Source: Bacillales bacterium
Lineage (GTDB): Bacteria; Bacillota; Bacilli; CAJFEE01
NCBI GenBank assembly: GCA_029256085.1
Contig: JAQSYP010000001.1
Span: forward strand, 580,497 to 644,496
Length of the DNA stretch: 64,000 bases
Direction: 5' to 3'
In this document: positions 45,838 through 57,544 of the stretch, one piece after another
How positions within the stretch are numbered: the stretch's first letter is position 1
Layout: the number at the start of each line of letters is the position of its first letter
The notes under the pieces: generated by a model
What the model was told of the DNA's origin: nothing
The model's database searches: none
The model's input: only the letters and a program-made list of their open reading frames with translations
Position numbers and translations under genes: made by a program

Positions 45838-47895
45838 TTGGATTTACTAGATATAAGTAATATTTCTATTGTTAATCTAAAAGGCATTGGTTCCGAGACC
45901 GAGAGAAAATTAAATGAGATAGACATTTACTCTATTTATGATTTACTGCAAACCTTTCCTAGTAGGTATGAAGACTATTCTATAAACTCTCTAGATGAAC
46001 TAATTCATAATGAAAAAGCAACACTAATAGGAGAGATAGTCTCGTTACCAAATATTTCATATTTTGCTAAAAACAAAAATAGATTATCTTTCAAGATAAG
46101 TGTTGGGGAAGTAATTATTCAGGTAAATCTCTTTAATCAGGGGTTTTATAAAGGTAAGTTGGAATTAACTGATACAGTAACTATTTCAGGTAAATGGGAC
46201 AAGTACAAGTTAAGTATTACTGGGCAATTAGTTAAAAAGGGAATTAAAGAGGATACAGAAGCATTAGATCCGATTTATCCACTAAAAGGAGTAATTCCTA
46301 ATTTTCAGTTTAAAAAGTTAATTTCCAAAGCACTTGATCAATTTAATGATAACTTATTGGAGATTTTACCTTATAAACTGTTATCTTTATATAAAATCCC
46401 GTGTATAAAAGATACATACAACGCAATACATAAACCTGTAAATCGAGAAGTTTTAAAGCATGCTAGACGAAGAATAATCTATGAAGAATTATTGCTTTTT
46501 CAACTAAAAATTCAAGCATTGAAACGAATTAATAGATTAAATAAAAATGGTACGATGATACCAATAGATTATAAAGAAATTAATAACTTTATTTCTCAAA
46601 ATATACCTTTTACTTTAACAAATGCTCAATCTAAAGTGTTAAATGAAATTTTTACAGATTTGATTGCTACATACCCGATGAATAGATTACTTCAAGGGGA
46701 TGTAGGATCTGGTAAAACAGTTGTTGCTGCTGTTGCTCTTTTTGCTGCTGTTTCTGCAAACTTTCAAGGTGCACTTATGGTACCTACGGAAATACTTGCT
46801 GAGCAACATTATGAAACTATGACTAAAATTTTTATGAATACAAATATAAAAGTAAAGCTTTTAACTAGTGCAATTAAAGGAAAAGCAAGAGAATCTATTT
46901 ATAATGAAGTAGAAGGAAATATTATTAATATAGTAATAGGTACACATGCACTTCTAAATGAAAAATTAAAGTTTAGTAATTTAGGGCTTGTTATTACAGA
47001 CGAACAACATCGATTTGGAGTCGATCAAAGAAAAATTCTAAGAGAAAAAGGTTCCGATCCAAATGTTTTATTTATGACAGCCACGCCAATTCCAAGAACT
47101 CTATCTATTACAGCCTTTGGTGAAATGGATGTTAGTACAATTGATGAGCTACCAAAGGGAAGAAAAGGTATTAAAACTTATACTATTAGTAAAAAAGAAT
47201 TTACAAAAGTATTAGATTTTTTGGAAAAGGAAATTAATAAAGGTCGCCAAGCGTACTTCATTTGCCCACTAATTGAGGAATCTGAAAAATTAGATTTAAA
47301 TAATGCTTATGATTTATATGAACAGTTATCAAGCCATTACAGTGGAAAAGCCGAAATAGGATTAATGCATGGAAGGTTAAATGATAAAGATAAAGAAGAA
47401 GTCATGCAAAAATTCATAAATAATAAAATTCAAATTCTAGTTTCAACAACAGTTGTTGAAGTAGGTGTGAACGTTCCAAATGCAACCTTAATGATTGTTA
47501 ACGATGCTGAAAGATTTGGATTAGCACAACTCCACCAATTAAGGGGTAGAGTTGGACGAGGGCAAGATCAGTCCTTTTGTATTTTAGTTGCTGATGCAAA
47601 AACGGATGTAGGGCGTGAAAGATTGAAAATTATGACCGAAACTAATAATGGCTTTGAAATTGCTGAGAAAGATTTGCAAATTAGGGGGCCAGGTGATTTT
47701 TTTGGTGCAAAACAAAGTGGGTTACCAGAGTTTAAGATTGCTGATTTAGTGCATGATTATCGTGCATTAGAAGTTGCAAGGCAGGATGCGAGTAAATTTA
47801 TAAACGACGCTGAATTCTGGACTAGTAATGAATACAAAGGTTTAAAAGAACAACTAGATAAAGATATAAATCTAAGTCAAGTGATTTTAGATTAA
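45838..47895 (+). CDS. recG: ATP-dependent DNA helicase RecG
   Basis: Wedge domain plus SF2 helicase motifs GDVGSGKT and DEQH. Confidence 0.95.
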   Translation: MDLLDISNISIVNLKGIGSETERKLNEIDIYSIYDLLQTFPSRYEDYSINSLDELIHNEKATLIGEIVSLPNISYFAKNKNRLSFKISVGEVIIQVNLFNQGFYKGKLELTDTVTISGKWDKYKLSITGQLVKKGIKEDTEALDPIYPLKGVIPNFQFKKLISKALDQFNDNLLEILPYKLLSLYKIPCIKDTYNAIHKPVNREVLKHARRRIIYEELLLFQLKIQALKRINRLNKNGTMIPIDYKEINNFISQNIPFTLTNAQSKVLNEIFTDLIATYPMNRLLQGDVGSGKTVVAAVALFAAVSANFQGALMVPTEILAEQHYETMTKIFMNTNIKVKLLTSAIKGKARESIYNEVEGNIINIVIGTHALLNEKLKFSNLGLVITDEQHRFGVDQRKILREKGSDPNVLFMTATPIPRTLSITAFGEMDVSTIDELPKGRKGIKTYTISKKEFTKVLDFLEKEINKGRQAYFICPLIEESEKLDLNNAYDLYEQLSSHYSGKAEIGLMHGRLNDKDKEEVMQKFINNKIQILVSTTVVEVGVNVPNATLMIVNDAERFGLAQLHQLRGRVGRGQDQSFCILVADAKTDVGRERLKIMTETNNGFEIAEKDLQIRGPGDFFGAKQSGLPEFKIADLVHDYRALEVARQDASKFINDAEFWTSNEYKGLKEQLDKDINLSQVILD

Positions 47896-47903
47896 AATAT
47901 TTA

Positions 47904-47953
47904 TTGATAAATTGACTTAAATTTTATATACTACTACTAGTATCTGGTCTTAA
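47904..47953 (+). promoter_or_regulatory. fapR promoter (TTGATA-17-TATACT) with a FapR-operator-like inverted repeat just downstream of the -10
   Basis: TTGATA at 47904-47909 and TATACT at 47927-47932. Imperfect palindrome CTAGTATCTGGTCTTAA at 47937-47953, whose reverse complement is TTAAGACCAGATACTAG. It resembles the TTAGTACC...TACTAA FapR box. Confidence 0.5.
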
Positions 47954-47970
47954 AAATGGAAGGTGTACAT

Positions 47971-48531
47971 ATGAGGCTTAAGAAGAAAGAAAGGCAAGAT
48001 ATCCTAATAAAAACTATCGAGGAAAACCCTTTTATTACTGATGAAGAATTATCAAAAAACTTGTGTGTAAGCATTCAAACTATTCGATTAGATAGATTAG
48101 AACTTGCTATACCTGAGGTAAGGGAACGAATAAAAAATGTAGCTTCTCAAAGTTATGACGACTCAGTAAGGACTCTAGCTCTAGAAGAAATAATTGGGGA
48201 AATTATAGATATTAACTTAGATCAAAGTGCAATATCAATTTTTGAAGTCGCAAATGAGCATGTTTTTAAACGATCATTAATAGCAAGAGGCCACTATCTA
48301 TTTGCACAAGCAAATTCACTTTGCGTTGCTTTGATAAATGCAGAAACTGCGCTAACTGCTAGAGCAAATGTTCAATACATACGCCCAGTAAAAATAAATG
48401 AGCGTGTTGTTGCAAAAGCTAAGGTGTTAGAAAAAGAGAATACGAAAGGAAGAACAATAGTAGAAGTAGAAAGCTATGTTGGTAACGACCTTGTATTCCT
48501 TGGAGAATTTCAAATGCATAGAAGCAATTAG
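47971..48531 (+). CDS. fapR: Fatty acid/phospholipid synthesis repressor FapR
   Basis: ATG at 47971 (track start 47956). Product [27 protein letters not shown]... with HTH plus hot-dog fold. Confidence 0.9.
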   Translation: MRLKKKERQDILIKTIEENPFITDEELSKNLCVSIQTIRLDRLELAIPEVRERIKNVASQSYDDSVRTLALEEIIGEIIDINLDQSAISIFEVANEHVFKRSLIARGHYLFAQANSLCVALINAETALTARANVQYIRPVKINERVVAKAKVLEKENTKGRTIVEVESYVGNDLVFLGEFQMHRSN

Positions 48532-48548
48532 TATTGGAGGAAATACTT

Positions 48549-49547
48549 ATGTATAAAATAGCTATTGATGCAATGGGCGGAGATCATGCACCCACAAGTA
48601 TCATAGAAGGTGTTAATTTAGCTATTGGGGAATATTCAAATATACAGTTTCTTATCTTTGGTGATGAGACAAAAATAGACAAATCATTAGTAAATAATAC
48701 AAATGTTACCTTTATTCATACTTCAGAAATAATAACTAGTACTGATGAACCTGTTAGAGCAGTCCGTACGAAAAAAGACTCATCTATGGTTCAAATGGCT
48801 CAATATGTTAAAGAAGGAAAAGCGGATGCTTGTATTTCTGCAGGTAATACTGGTGCTTTAATGACAACAGGAATTTTTGTTGTTGGGCGTGCAAAAGGAA
48901 TTGACCGTCCAGCTTTAGCACCACTAATGCCCACTATTGATGGTAAAGGGTTTCTATTACTAGATGTTGGTGCTAACATCGATGCTAAAGTTAATCACTT
49001 AGTTCAATATGCACAAATGGGATCAATATACGCTGAGAAGGTTTTAGGTAGAATAAACCCGAGAGTCGGATTAGTTAATATAGGTACTGAAGAACATAAA
49101 GGAACCGAACTTTACAAGGATACATATGCTGCACTTAAAAATACAAACATTAATTTTATAGGTAACATCGAAGCAAGAGACTTATTACTTGGTGAAGTAG
49201 ATGTAGCTGTTACTGATGGATTTGCAGGTAATCAAATACTAAAATCGATCGAAGGTACTGCAGACGTTCTATTTAAAGTAATGAAAGAAGAATTCACAAA
49301 AAATATGATTTCCAAACTAGGTGCCATGATTTTGAAGTCGAATTTTAAAAGTATTAAGAAAAAACTAGATTATTCAGAAGCTGGTGGTGCAGCCCTTTTT
49401 GGATTGAATGCTCCTGTAATTAAAGCACACGGATCTTCAAACTCTAAAGCAATATTCAACGCAATTAGGCAAACTGTAAATATGCTGGAGAATAATGTAA
49501 TACCTACTATTAAACAAAAAATAGAGGAATCTGAAGTTATAAAGTAG
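48549..49547 (+). CDS. plsX: Phosphate acyltransferase PlsX
   Basis: ATG at 48549 after GGAGGA (track ORF starts at TTG 48534). MYKIAIDAMGGDHAP. Confidence 0.92.
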   Translation: MYKIAIDAMGGDHAPTSIIEGVNLAIGEYSNIQFLIFGDETKIDKSLVNNTNVTFIHTSEIITSTDEPVRAVRTKKDSSMVQMAQYVKEGKADACISAGNTGALMTTGIFVVGRAKGIDRPALAPLMPTIDGKGFLLLDVGANIDAKVNHLVQYAQMGSIYAEKVLGRINPRVGLVNIGTEEHKGTELYKDTYAALKNTNINFIGNIEARDLLLGEVDVAVTDGFAGNQILKSIEGTADVLFKVMKEEFTKNMISKLGAMILKSNFKSIKKKLDYSEAGGAALFGLNAPVIKAHGSSNSKAIFNAIRQTVNMLENNVIPTIKQKIEESEVIK

Positions 49548-49556
49548 GAGGAAAAT

Positions 49557-50495
49557 ATGACAAAAATAGCATTTGTTTTCCCAGGTCAAGGATCACAGAA
49601 GGTAGGTATGGGCAAAGACTTCTATGATAGTTTTCCTGAAAGCAAAATCTTATTTGATGAGATAAACTCATTTCTTGAATATTCTTTAACGGATATAATG
49701 TTTGATGGACCAAGTGATGAATTAACAAAAACATATAATACTCAACCAGCTCTTCTAGCGGTTTCTACTGTGATTCTGGAACAATTAAGAAAAAATGGAA
49801 TAAATCCTGATTCAGTAGCTGGGCATAGCTTAGGAGAATATAGTGCCCTTGTGGCCGCTAACTCATTAGGCATAAAAGAAGCAATAAAATTAGTTTATAC
49901 TAGAGGGAAATTAATGAGTGAGGCTGCACCTAATGGAAATGGTGCTATGGCTGCAGTATTAGGACTGGACTATGAAGTTGTTGAAGAAATTGTAAACAAT
50001 TTCATAAGCGCTAATGAAGTAGTTTGTATAGCAAACTACAACTGTCCGGGACAAGTTGTAATTTCAGGTACAAAAGTTGGGATTGAATTGATAACTCCTC
50101 TGTTGAAAGAACAAGGTGCTAAAAGAGTTCTAATGCTCCCAGTAAGTGGACCATTTCATTCACCTTTGATGAAACCAGCGGCTGATAAATTTTCAGAAGT
50201 TGTTAAACTAATAAATATTTCAGATCCAACTATTCCTGTATATTCAAATGTTACTTCAATGATCTTTGAAGGTGAAAAACAAATCTCAGATCTTTTAGCA
50301 GATCAAATTTTTAGTTCAGTTAAATGGCAACAATCAATTAAGAAAATGATTACTGATGGAATTACTAAATTCATTGAAGTTGGAAGTGGAAATGTTTTAA
50401 CAGGTTTGATAAAAAAAATCGACCCAAATGTTGAAGTCATTACAATTTCTACTGTTGATGATTTAAGAAAATTTATTGAAGAGAATAGAGGTTAA
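49557..50495 (+). CDS. fabD: Malonyl-CoA:ACP transacylase
   Basis: GHSLGE active-site motif. Confidence 0.95.
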   Translation: MTKIAFVFPGQGSQKVGMGKDFYDSFPESKILFDEINSFLEYSLTDIMFDGPSDELTKTYNTQPALLAVSTVILEQLRKNGINPDSVAGHSLGEYSALVAANSLGIKEAIKLVYTRGKLMSEAAPNGNGAMAAVLGLDYEVVEEIVNNFISANEVVCIANYNCPGQVVISGTKVGIELITPLLKEQGAKRVLMLPVSGPFHSPLMKPAADKFSEVVKLINISDPTIPVYSNVTSMIFEGEKQISDLLADQIFSSVKWQQSIKKMITDGITKFIEVGSGNVLTGLIKKIDPNVEVITISTVDDLRKFIEENRG

Positions 50496-50499
50496 CCAA

Positions 50500-51240
50500 A
50501 TGTTGAATGGAAAAATTGCATTAGTGACTGGAGCATCTAGAGGGATTGGTAGAGCAATAGCGCTTGAATATGGTAAAAATGGTGCAACTGTAGTAGTTAA
50601 CTTTCTAGGTAATGTTGAAAAAGCAAATGAAGTAGTTAATGAAATTGAAGCATTAGGTGGTAAAGCGATCGCTTATAAAGCTGATGTAGCAAACAGCTCA
50701 GACGTTACAAAAATGTTTGATGATGTTACAAAAGAGTTTGGAAAAATTGATATTTTAGTAAATAATGCTGGTATCACAAGAGATAATTTATTAATTAGAA
50801 TGAAAGACTCTGAATGGGATGATGTTATTCAAACTAATTTAACAAGTGTTTTCATGTGCTCTAAAATCGCTGCAAAACATATGATGAGAAACAGAACAGG
50901 ACGAATTATTAATGTTTCTTCAGTTGTGGGTATTTTAGGAAATCCTGGCCAGGCTAACTATGTTGCTGCTAAAGCTGGTGTAATTGGACTAACTAAGTCT
51001 ATGGCTAGGGAGCTTGCTGTAAGGGGCATACTTGTAAATGCTATTGCACCAGGATTCATTGAAACTGATATGACACAAAAGCTTAATGATGATGTTAGAA
51101 GTCAAATGCAGACGCAAATACCTCTACAAAGATTCGGTACGCCAGAAGATATAGCGAATGTAGCGTTATTTTTAGCTACAGAACAAAGTAGCTATATTAC
51201 TGGTCAAGTAATATCTGTAGATGGTGGAATGGCTATGTAA
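50500..51240 (+). CDS. fabG: 3-oxoacyl-ACP reductase
   Basis: ATG at 50500 (track ORF starts at TTG 50476). SDR motifs TGASRGIG and YxxxK. Confidence 0.95.
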   Translation: MLNGKIALVTGASRGIGRAIALEYGKNGATVVVNFLGNVEKANEVVNEIEALGGKAIAYKADVANSSDVTKMFDDVTKEFGKIDILVNNAGITRDNLLIRMKDSEWDDVIQTNLTSVFMCSKIAAKHMMRNRTGRIINVSSVVGILGNPGQANYVAAKAGVIGLTKSMARELAVRGILVNAIAPGFIETDMTQKLNDDVRSQMQTQIPLQRFGTPEDIANVALFLATEQSSYITGQVISVDGGMAM

Positions 51241-51353
51241 AAAACTGCAATGCACACTTGTATTTACGTATTAAATTATATATATTAGTGTAGTATTGCT
51301 ACTAGTTTTTTCATATAAAATCTAATATAATTTTCTAAGGGAGGTGAATCGAA

Positions 51354-51587
51354 ATGGCAGCTGTTTTAGAACAAATTACAAAAATCATCTCTGACCGTTT
51401 AGGTAAGGATGAATCAACTATTACACCACAATCAAGCTTTAAAGAAGATTTAGGTGCCGATTCACTAGAAGTTGTTGAATTAATTATGCAACTTGAAGAT
51501 GAATTTGGAATCGAAATTTCTGACGAGGATGCTGAAAAGATTGCTACTGTAGGAGATGCAGTTCAATACATAGAAGGCCGCGTTTAA
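51354..51587 (+). CDS. acpP: Acyl carrier protein
   Basis: 77 aa with the DLGADSLE phosphopantetheine site. Confidence 0.97.
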   Translation: MAAVLEQITKIISDRLGKDESTITPQSSFKEDLGADSLEVVELIMQLEDEFGIEISDEDAEKIATVGDAVQYIEGRV

Positions 51588-51697
51588 TATTGGAAAGTCC
51601 CGTAAAACTGCGGGGCTTTTCAGTGTATTTGAAACCTATTTATAATTACCTTTTACCGATTTTGGTACCTTTTTAATTATCATGAATGGAGGTATCT

Positions 51698-52453
51698 ATG
51701 TCTAAGCAAAGAAAATTTAATCTAGTAAGAGAAGAGGATAAAATAAATAAAAGTTTTTTAACTCTTCAAGATAAATTAAATATTGAATTTAAAAATATTA
51801 ATTTATTAATTCAAGCATTTACACATTCATCCTATGTGAATGAGCATCGCAAAAAATCTTTTAACGACAATGAAAGACTAGAATTTTTAGGGGATGCAGT
51901 ACTAGAGTTAACAGTTTCACAATATTTATTTGAGAACTATCCGGATATGTCTGAGGGTGAGCTCACAAAATTACGTGCATCAATAGTTTGTGAACCTTCA
52001 CTAGTACAAATTGCAATAAATTTAAAATTTGGTCAGCATGTTTTATTAGGTAAGGGCGAGGAAATAACCGGTGGTAGAATGCGTCCTGCCTTACTTGCGG
52101 ATGTTTTTGAAGCATTTATTGGGGCTCTATATCTTGACCAGGGTCTTGAAGGTGTTACTAGTTTTCTTTCACAAGCAGTTTTCCCTAAGATTAAAGATGG
52201 TGCTTTTTCTCATGTGATGGATTTTAAAAGTCAACTTCAGGAATATGTACAACAGGACGGTTCTGGAATCATCGAATATAAAATTTTAGAAGAAAAAGGT
52301 CCTGCTCATAGCCGTGAGTTTATTTCAAAAGTAACACTAAACAATATTGATTTAGGTATCGGTGAGGGTAAATCAAAAAAGGAAGCTGAACAGCATGCTG
52401 CTGAAGAAGCTTTAAATAGGTTAAAAAAAGAAAAAGACACGCTATTAAAATAG
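51698..52453 (+). CDS. rnc: Ribonuclease III
   Basis: ATG at 51698 after GGAGG (track start 51686). ERLEFLGDA signature plus dsRBD. Confidence 0.9.
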   Translation: MSKQRKFNLVREEDKINKSFLTLQDKLNIEFKNINLLIQAFTHSSYVNEHRKKSFNDNERLEFLGDAVLELTVSQYLFENYPDMSEGELTKLRASIVCEPSLVQIAINLKFGQHVLLGKGEEITGGRMRPALLADVFEAFIGALYLDQGLEGVTSFLSQAVFPKIKDGAFSHVMDFKSQLQEYVQQDGSGIIEYKILEEKGPAHSREFISKVTLNNIDLGIGEGKSKKEAEQHAAEEALNRLKKEKDTLLK

Positions 52454-52536
52454 TAAAATCCCCCGAATAGTAATTTTTAGGGGGATTACTTATTTAACTT
52501 AGTATAAACTGATAGTCAGTTCAGAGGTGACTTACG

Positions 52537-55500
52537 ATGTATTTAAAGCGGTTAGAGGTAGTTGGATTTAAATCTTTTGCAGAAAGAATAAACGTTGACT
52601 TTGTCAAAGGTATCACTGGGGTTGTAGGTCCAAATGGGAGCGGCAAAAGCAATGTTATAGATTGCATTCGCTGGGTGCTTGGTGAACAATCAGCAAAATC
52701 ACTTCGTGGAGCAAAAATGGAGGATATTATTTTTGCGGGTAGTGAATCTCGTAAAGCAGTTAATATGGCTGAAGTTACACTTGTTCTGGATAATCAGGAT
52801 AGTTTTTTACCCCTTGATTTTTCCGAGGTAAGTATAACTAGAAGGGTTTTCCGCTCAGGTGATAGTGAATACTTAATAAATAAACAACAATGTCGCTTAA
52901 AGGATATAGTTGAACTTTTTATAGACTCAGGTGTTAGTAGGGAAGCATTCTCAATAATTAGTCAGGGCAAAGTGGAAGAAATTCTTAGCAGTAAACCTGA
53001 GGACAGAAGAGTAATTTTTGAAGAGGCTGCTGGGGTATTAAAGTATAAAAATAGAAAGAAAAAAGCTGAAAGTAAACTTCAGGAAACATATGATAACCTT
53101 CTTAGAATAGAAGATATTGTACATGAACTTCAAGGGCAAATTGAGCCATTAGGAATACAAGCATCAATTGCTAAGGAATATATCGATTTGAAAAATGATC
53201 TCGAGAAGTTCGAGGTTGGGTTATTAGTTAAAGATATTGAATCATTAAATGCAAGATGGGAAGAAAGTAAATCAAAGTTACAAAACTTAAATACAACAGA
53301 AGAAACCTTAGCAACTAAAATCCATGTGCAGGAAGCGGATTTAGAAAAATATAAAGTTGATGCGATTAACTTAGATAATAATATTGATGAATATCAAGGG
53401 GAATTATTAAAGTCTACTCAATTACTTGAGAAGCTAAGTGGTCAGAAAGAACTAATTAATGAAAGAAGTAACAATGCTTCAAAGTCAAGGGAAGAAATAA
53501 TCTCTAGAAGAAATGATTTAAATGTACTACTAAAGAACGCTAAAGAGTCAATGAGTTCAATTGAAGATCAATATAATGAATTATCTATTGAATTGAATGA
53601 ACTTAAACTAAATAAAGGTAAATTAGAAAAATTTTTAAAAAATGACAACGCTAACATTGAAAAACAAATAGACTTACTAAAGTCATCTTATATTGATAAA
53701 TTAAATGAGCAAGCTTCTTCAAATAATGAGAGAAATTTTATTAATAATAGATTACAACAATTAACTAATAAGAAAGCAAAATTAGAAGAAGAAAATAATG
53801 ACTTCATAACCAAACGAGAAATTATTAATTTAAATAAAAATAATATTCTAACTGATCTTTCAAATGCTCAACATGAAATTGAGACAATTGCACAAAAAAA
53901 GTTTACTCTTACTAAAGAAATTGAGAATCTTAGAAATGAATATTCAAATAAACAAACCCAGTTAATAAAGGGCTATGAGGTTTTTCAACAAGTAAAGTCC
54001 AGAAAAGATACTTTAGAAGAAATGAAGGAAGATTTCTCTGGGTTTATTCAAGGTGTAAAAGAAGTTTTAAAGGCATCTGCAAATGGAAAATTAAAAGGTG
54101 TCCATGGAGCTATAGCTGAAATTATTAACGTGGATAAAAAGTTCGAAGCAGCTATTGATGTAGCACTCGGATCTTCATTACAAAACATTGTTGTAACAAA
54201 TGAAGAATCAGCACGGGCAGCAATAACTTATTTAAAACAGACTCGAAACGGAAGAGCTACTTTCCTACCTCTAAATATAATTAAGCCAAGAGAAATTAAT
54301 GAAAGCTTAATTAATAGCGTGAAAACACATGATTCATTTATAGGCATAGCAGCAAATTTAATAAGTTTTGATTCGACTTATTCAAATGTTATTCATAATT
54401 TAATGGGGAACGTAATTATTGCTTCTGATCTTTACGGTGCTAATGAAATAGCCAGAAAGATACAACATCGCTTCAGAGTAGTAACACTTGAAGGTGATGT
54501 AATTAATTCTGGTGGATCAATGACGGGTGGAACTTTAAAACAAGCATCATCACCTTTGCTCTCAAGACAAAGAGAATTAGATGAATTAGCGAGTAAGATT
54601 GCAGAACTCGATGAGTTTATTAAGAATTTAGAATTTAAGTTAAGCGAAACAAAGTTAAAAGGTGAAGATAAAGCAACAGAATTAGAGAACACTCGACTAA
54701 AACTTGAAGACTTAAAATCTAGGGAACAGAAACTTAAGGAACAATCTAAGGAGATTGACTTTGAAGAAAGGCAACTAAATGATAGGTTAGCGATTTTTGA
54801 TATCGAAATAAGTCAATTAGTTGAAGAAACTGAGACTCTTAATAATAAAATAAAACATGTCGAGAATAACCTCATGGAGCTAGTTTCTAGTATAAAAGGC
54901 TTTGAACTACAAATTAGTGAATTAGAGAAACAGAAAGAAACATCCCAGACTAACAAAGAACAAAATCAAAATGAGTTAACAGAAATAAGTGTTAAATTAG
55001 CTAAAATTGAACAGCAGTTAGAAAACCTAGAAGCTCAGAAGATTCAGATTATATCTCAATGTGATAATTACAATGTAGAGCTCAAAAAACTTGATTTAGA
55101 GTATGAGACACTAATTTCACAATTAGATAACAGCAAAGATTTTTTTGAAAAGTTGAATATAGATATTAGTGAATGCCAAAAGCATAAAGACGATATCACA
55201 GCTAAAATTGTTACGATACGTCAAGAAAGATATGACATTCATCAAAAAATATCAAGTCTCGAATCTGATTTAAGAGACTTTAAAAAGCAACAGAAATATT
55301 TCCTTGATCAAATTAAGCAAGAGGAAATTCTTATAACTAGATTTGATACTGATCTAGAAAATAAACTATACTACCTTTCTCAAGAATATGAGCATTCTTA
55401 TGAAAGTGCCAAATTAAATTTCCCACTTGAAATTAATGAAATAGAAGCTAGAAAAAAGGTTAAACTTATAAAGTTATCTATTGATGAACTTGGAACTGTC

Positions 55501-56127
55501 AATCTAGGTGCAATAGATGAATATGCTAGAGTGTCTGAAAGATATAAATTTTTAACAGACCAGAAGGCTGATTTACTAGAAGCAGATTCTACCTTAAGAA
55601 AAGTTATAGATGAGATGGATGAAGAGATGGAAAGAAGATTCTCTTTAACTTTTGAATCAATTAAGAAGCAATTTGGACAAGTTTTTTCTCAATTATTTGG
55701 TGGAGGAAGTGCGGAACTAGTCCTAACAGATCCAAAGCAGCTTTTATCAACTGGAATTGAGATAATTGCTCAACCGCCCGGTAAGAAATTACAAAGCTTA
55801 AGCCTAATGTCTGGTGGTGAAAGGGCTCTAACAGCTATTGCATTACTTTTCTCAATACTTAAAGTTAGACCAGTACCTTTTTGTATACTTGATGAGGTTG
55901 AGGCTGCTCTCGATGAGGCTAATGTTTCGAGATTTGCAAACTATTTGAAACAATTTAGTAATGAAACACAGTTTATAGTAATTACTCATAGGAAAGGTAC
56001 GATGGAAGAAACAGATGTATTATATGGAATCACGATGCAAGAGTCTGGAGTCTCAAAAGTCGTATCAGTTAGATTAGAAGAAATGAATGAAATAGTTGAA
56101 GAACAATTGGAAGGTGTAAAGGCATGA
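52537..56127 (+). CDS. smc: Chromosome partition protein SMC
   Basis: 1196 aa with Walker A GPNGSGKSN, long coiled coils, hinge, and C-terminal LSGGE signature plus Walker B. Confidence 0.97.
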   Translation: MYLKRLEVVGFKSFAERINVDFVKGITGVVGPNGSGKSNVIDCIRWVLGEQSAKSLRGAKMEDIIFAGSESRKAVNMAEVTLVLDNQDSFLPLDFSEVSITRRVFRSGDSEYLINKQQCRLKDIVELFIDSGVSREAFSIISQGKVEEILSSKPEDRRVIFEEAAGVLKYKNRKKKAESKLQETYDNLLRIEDIVHELQGQIEPLGIQASIAKEYIDLKNDLEKFEVGLLVKDIESLNARWEESKSKLQNLNTTEETLATKIHVQEADLEKYKVDAINLDNNIDEYQGELLKSTQLLEKLSGQKELINERSNNASKSREEIISRRNDLNVLLKNAKESMSSIEDQYNELSIELNELKLNKGKLEKFLKNDNANIEKQIDLLKSSYIDKLNEQASSNNERNFINNRLQQLTNKKAKLEEENNDFITKREIINLNKNNILTDLSNAQHEIETIAQKKFTLTKEIENLRNEYSNKQTQLIKGYEVFQQVKSRKDTLEEMKEDFSGFIQGVKEVLKASANGKLKGVHGAIAEIINVDKKFEAAIDVALGSSLQNIVVTNEESARAAITYLKQTRNGRATFLPLNIIKPREINESLINSVKTHDSFIGIAANLISFDSTYSNVIHNLMGNVIIASDLYGANEIARKIQHRFRVVTLEGDVINSGGSMTGGTLKQASSPLLSRQRELDELASKIAELDEFIKNLEFKLSETKLKGEDKATELENTRLKLEDLKSREQKLKEQSKEIDFEERQLNDRLAIFDIEISQLVEETETLNNKIKHVENNLMELVSSIKGFELQISELEKQKETSQTNKEQNQNELTEISVKLAKIEQQLENLEAQKIQIISQCDNYNVELKKLDLEYETLISQLDNSKDFFEKLNIDISECQKHKDDITAKIVTIRQERYDIHQKISSLESDLRDFKKQQKYFLDQIKQEEILITRFDTDLENKLYYLSQEYEHSYESAKLNFPLEINEIEARKKVKLIKLSIDELGTVNLGAIDEYARVSERYKFLTDQKADLLEADSTLRKVIDEMDEEMERRFSLTFESIKKQFGQVFSQLFGGGSAELVLTDPKQLLSTGIEIIAQPPGKKLQSLSLMSGGERALTAIALLFSILKVRPVPFCILDEVEAALDEANVSRFANYLKQFSNETQFIVITHRKGTMEETDVLYGITMQESGVSKVVSVRLEEMNEIVEEQLEGVKA

Positions 56128-57113
56128 GTTTTTTTAAAAAATTAAAAGAAACAATTTCTCGTCAAACAGAACAGGTTACAAATAAGTTTAAAGAGGGTTT
56201 ATCAAAAACTAGAAATTCTTTTAGTAGCAAATTAAACGATCTTTTTGCTCGTTATCGCACTGTTGACGAAGATTTCTTTGAAGAGCTTGAAGAAATACTT
56301 ATTAGTGCAGATGTAGGTGTAAATACAGTACTAGAGTTAATAGATGAATTGAAGTTTGAAGCAAAGAGAAAAAATATTCAGGAATCATCTGAGTTAAGAG
56401 AAGTCATAACTGAAAAATTAGTGGAAATTTATGACCGTGGCGGAACTTTGTCTCAAGATGTTAATATTCAGGAAAATTCTTTAACTGTAATCTTATTCGT
56501 AGGAGTTAATGGTGTTGGAAAAACAACAACGATTGGTAAAATGGCACATATGTATTTGCAACAAGGTAAAAATGTAGTTTTAGCAGCTGGAGATACATTT
56601 AGAGCTGGTGCTATTGAACAACTAGAAGTATGGGGAAGTAGGGTAGGAGCAGATGTAGTAAGACAAGCTTCAGGTTCAGATCCTGCTGCAGTAATATATG
56701 ATGCTATTAAAACAGCTAGAGAAAAAAATGCCGATATTTTAATTTGTGATACTGCTGGTAGACTTCAAAATAAAGTAAATCTTATGAGTGAACTTTCAAA
56801 AATTAAGAGAGTAATTGATAGAGAAATACCAAACGCACCGCATGAGGTATTGCTTGTTATTGATGCTACTACAGGTCAAAATGGACTAACTCAAGCTAAA
56901 GTATTTAAAGAATGTACAGATGTAACAGGAATAGTTTTAACAAAGCTTGATGGTACTGCTAAAGGTGGTATTGTCCTAGCAATAAGAAACGAACTACAAG
57001 TACCAGTTAAGTTTGTTGGTTTAGGTGAGAAAATGGATGATCTACAACCGTTTGATGCAGGACAATTCGTATATGGTTTATTCTCTGATATGTGGGAATC
57101 GGATAGAGATTAA
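56124..57113 (+). CDS. ftsY: Signal-recognition-particle receptor FtsY
   Basis: NG domain: GVNGVGKTTT, DTAGR. Confidence 0.95.
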   Translation: MSFFKKLKETISRQTEQVTNKFKEGLSKTRNSFSSKLNDLFARYRTVDEDFFEELEEILISADVGVNTVLELIDELKFEAKRKNIQESSELREVITEKLVEIYDRGGTLSQDVNIQENSLTVILFVGVNGVGKTTTIGKMAHMYLQQGKNVVLAAGDTFRAGAIEQLEVWGSRVGADVVRQASGSDPAAVIYDAIKTAREKNADILICDTAGRLQNKVNLMSELSKIKRVIDREIPNAPHEVLLVIDATTGQNGLTQAKVFKECTDVTGIVLTKLDGTAKGGIVLAIRNELQVPVKFVGLGEKMDDLQPFDAGQFVYGLFSDMWESDRD

Positions 57114-57197
57114 TGATATAATAACTTGACGCACTAACTAATAATTTATTATATTATTAAAGTGTAAAGTAAATTAACTTAACAAGGAGTGAATAAA

Positions 57198-57533
57198 ATG
57201 CTTGAAAAAACTATGCGTCTTAATTATTTGCTAGATTTTTACCAGTCATTGTTAACTCCTAAACAGCTAAGTTATATGGAACTTTACTATTTAGATGACT
57301 ATTCTTTAGGTGAAATTGCAGAGGAATATGATATAAGTAGACAAGCTGTGTATGACAATATAAAAAGAACTGAACAGATGTTAGAAGAATACGAAGAAAA
57401 ATTAGGTTTATTTAAAAAATTTCAGAACAGAAAAAATATTATTTCCCAGTTAAAAGAGTCTATGGAAAATAATAAATTTACTGTTAATACAGAAATTAAA
57501 CATTTATTCGAAGAACTTGAAAAATTAGATTAG
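57198..57533 (+). CDS. ylxM: YlxM (putative SRP-associated HTH protein, UPF0122)
   Basis: ATG at 57198, 8 nt after AAGGAG (track GTG 57189). [23 protein letters not shown] matches YlxM. Confidence 0.85.
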   Translation: MLEKTMRLNYLLDFYQSLLTPKQLSYMELYYLDDYSLGEIAEEYDISRQAVYDNIKRTEQMLEEYEEKLGLFKKFQNRKNIISQLKESMENNKFTVNTEIKHLFEELEKLD

Positions 57534-57544
57534 GAGGCGGTAGC

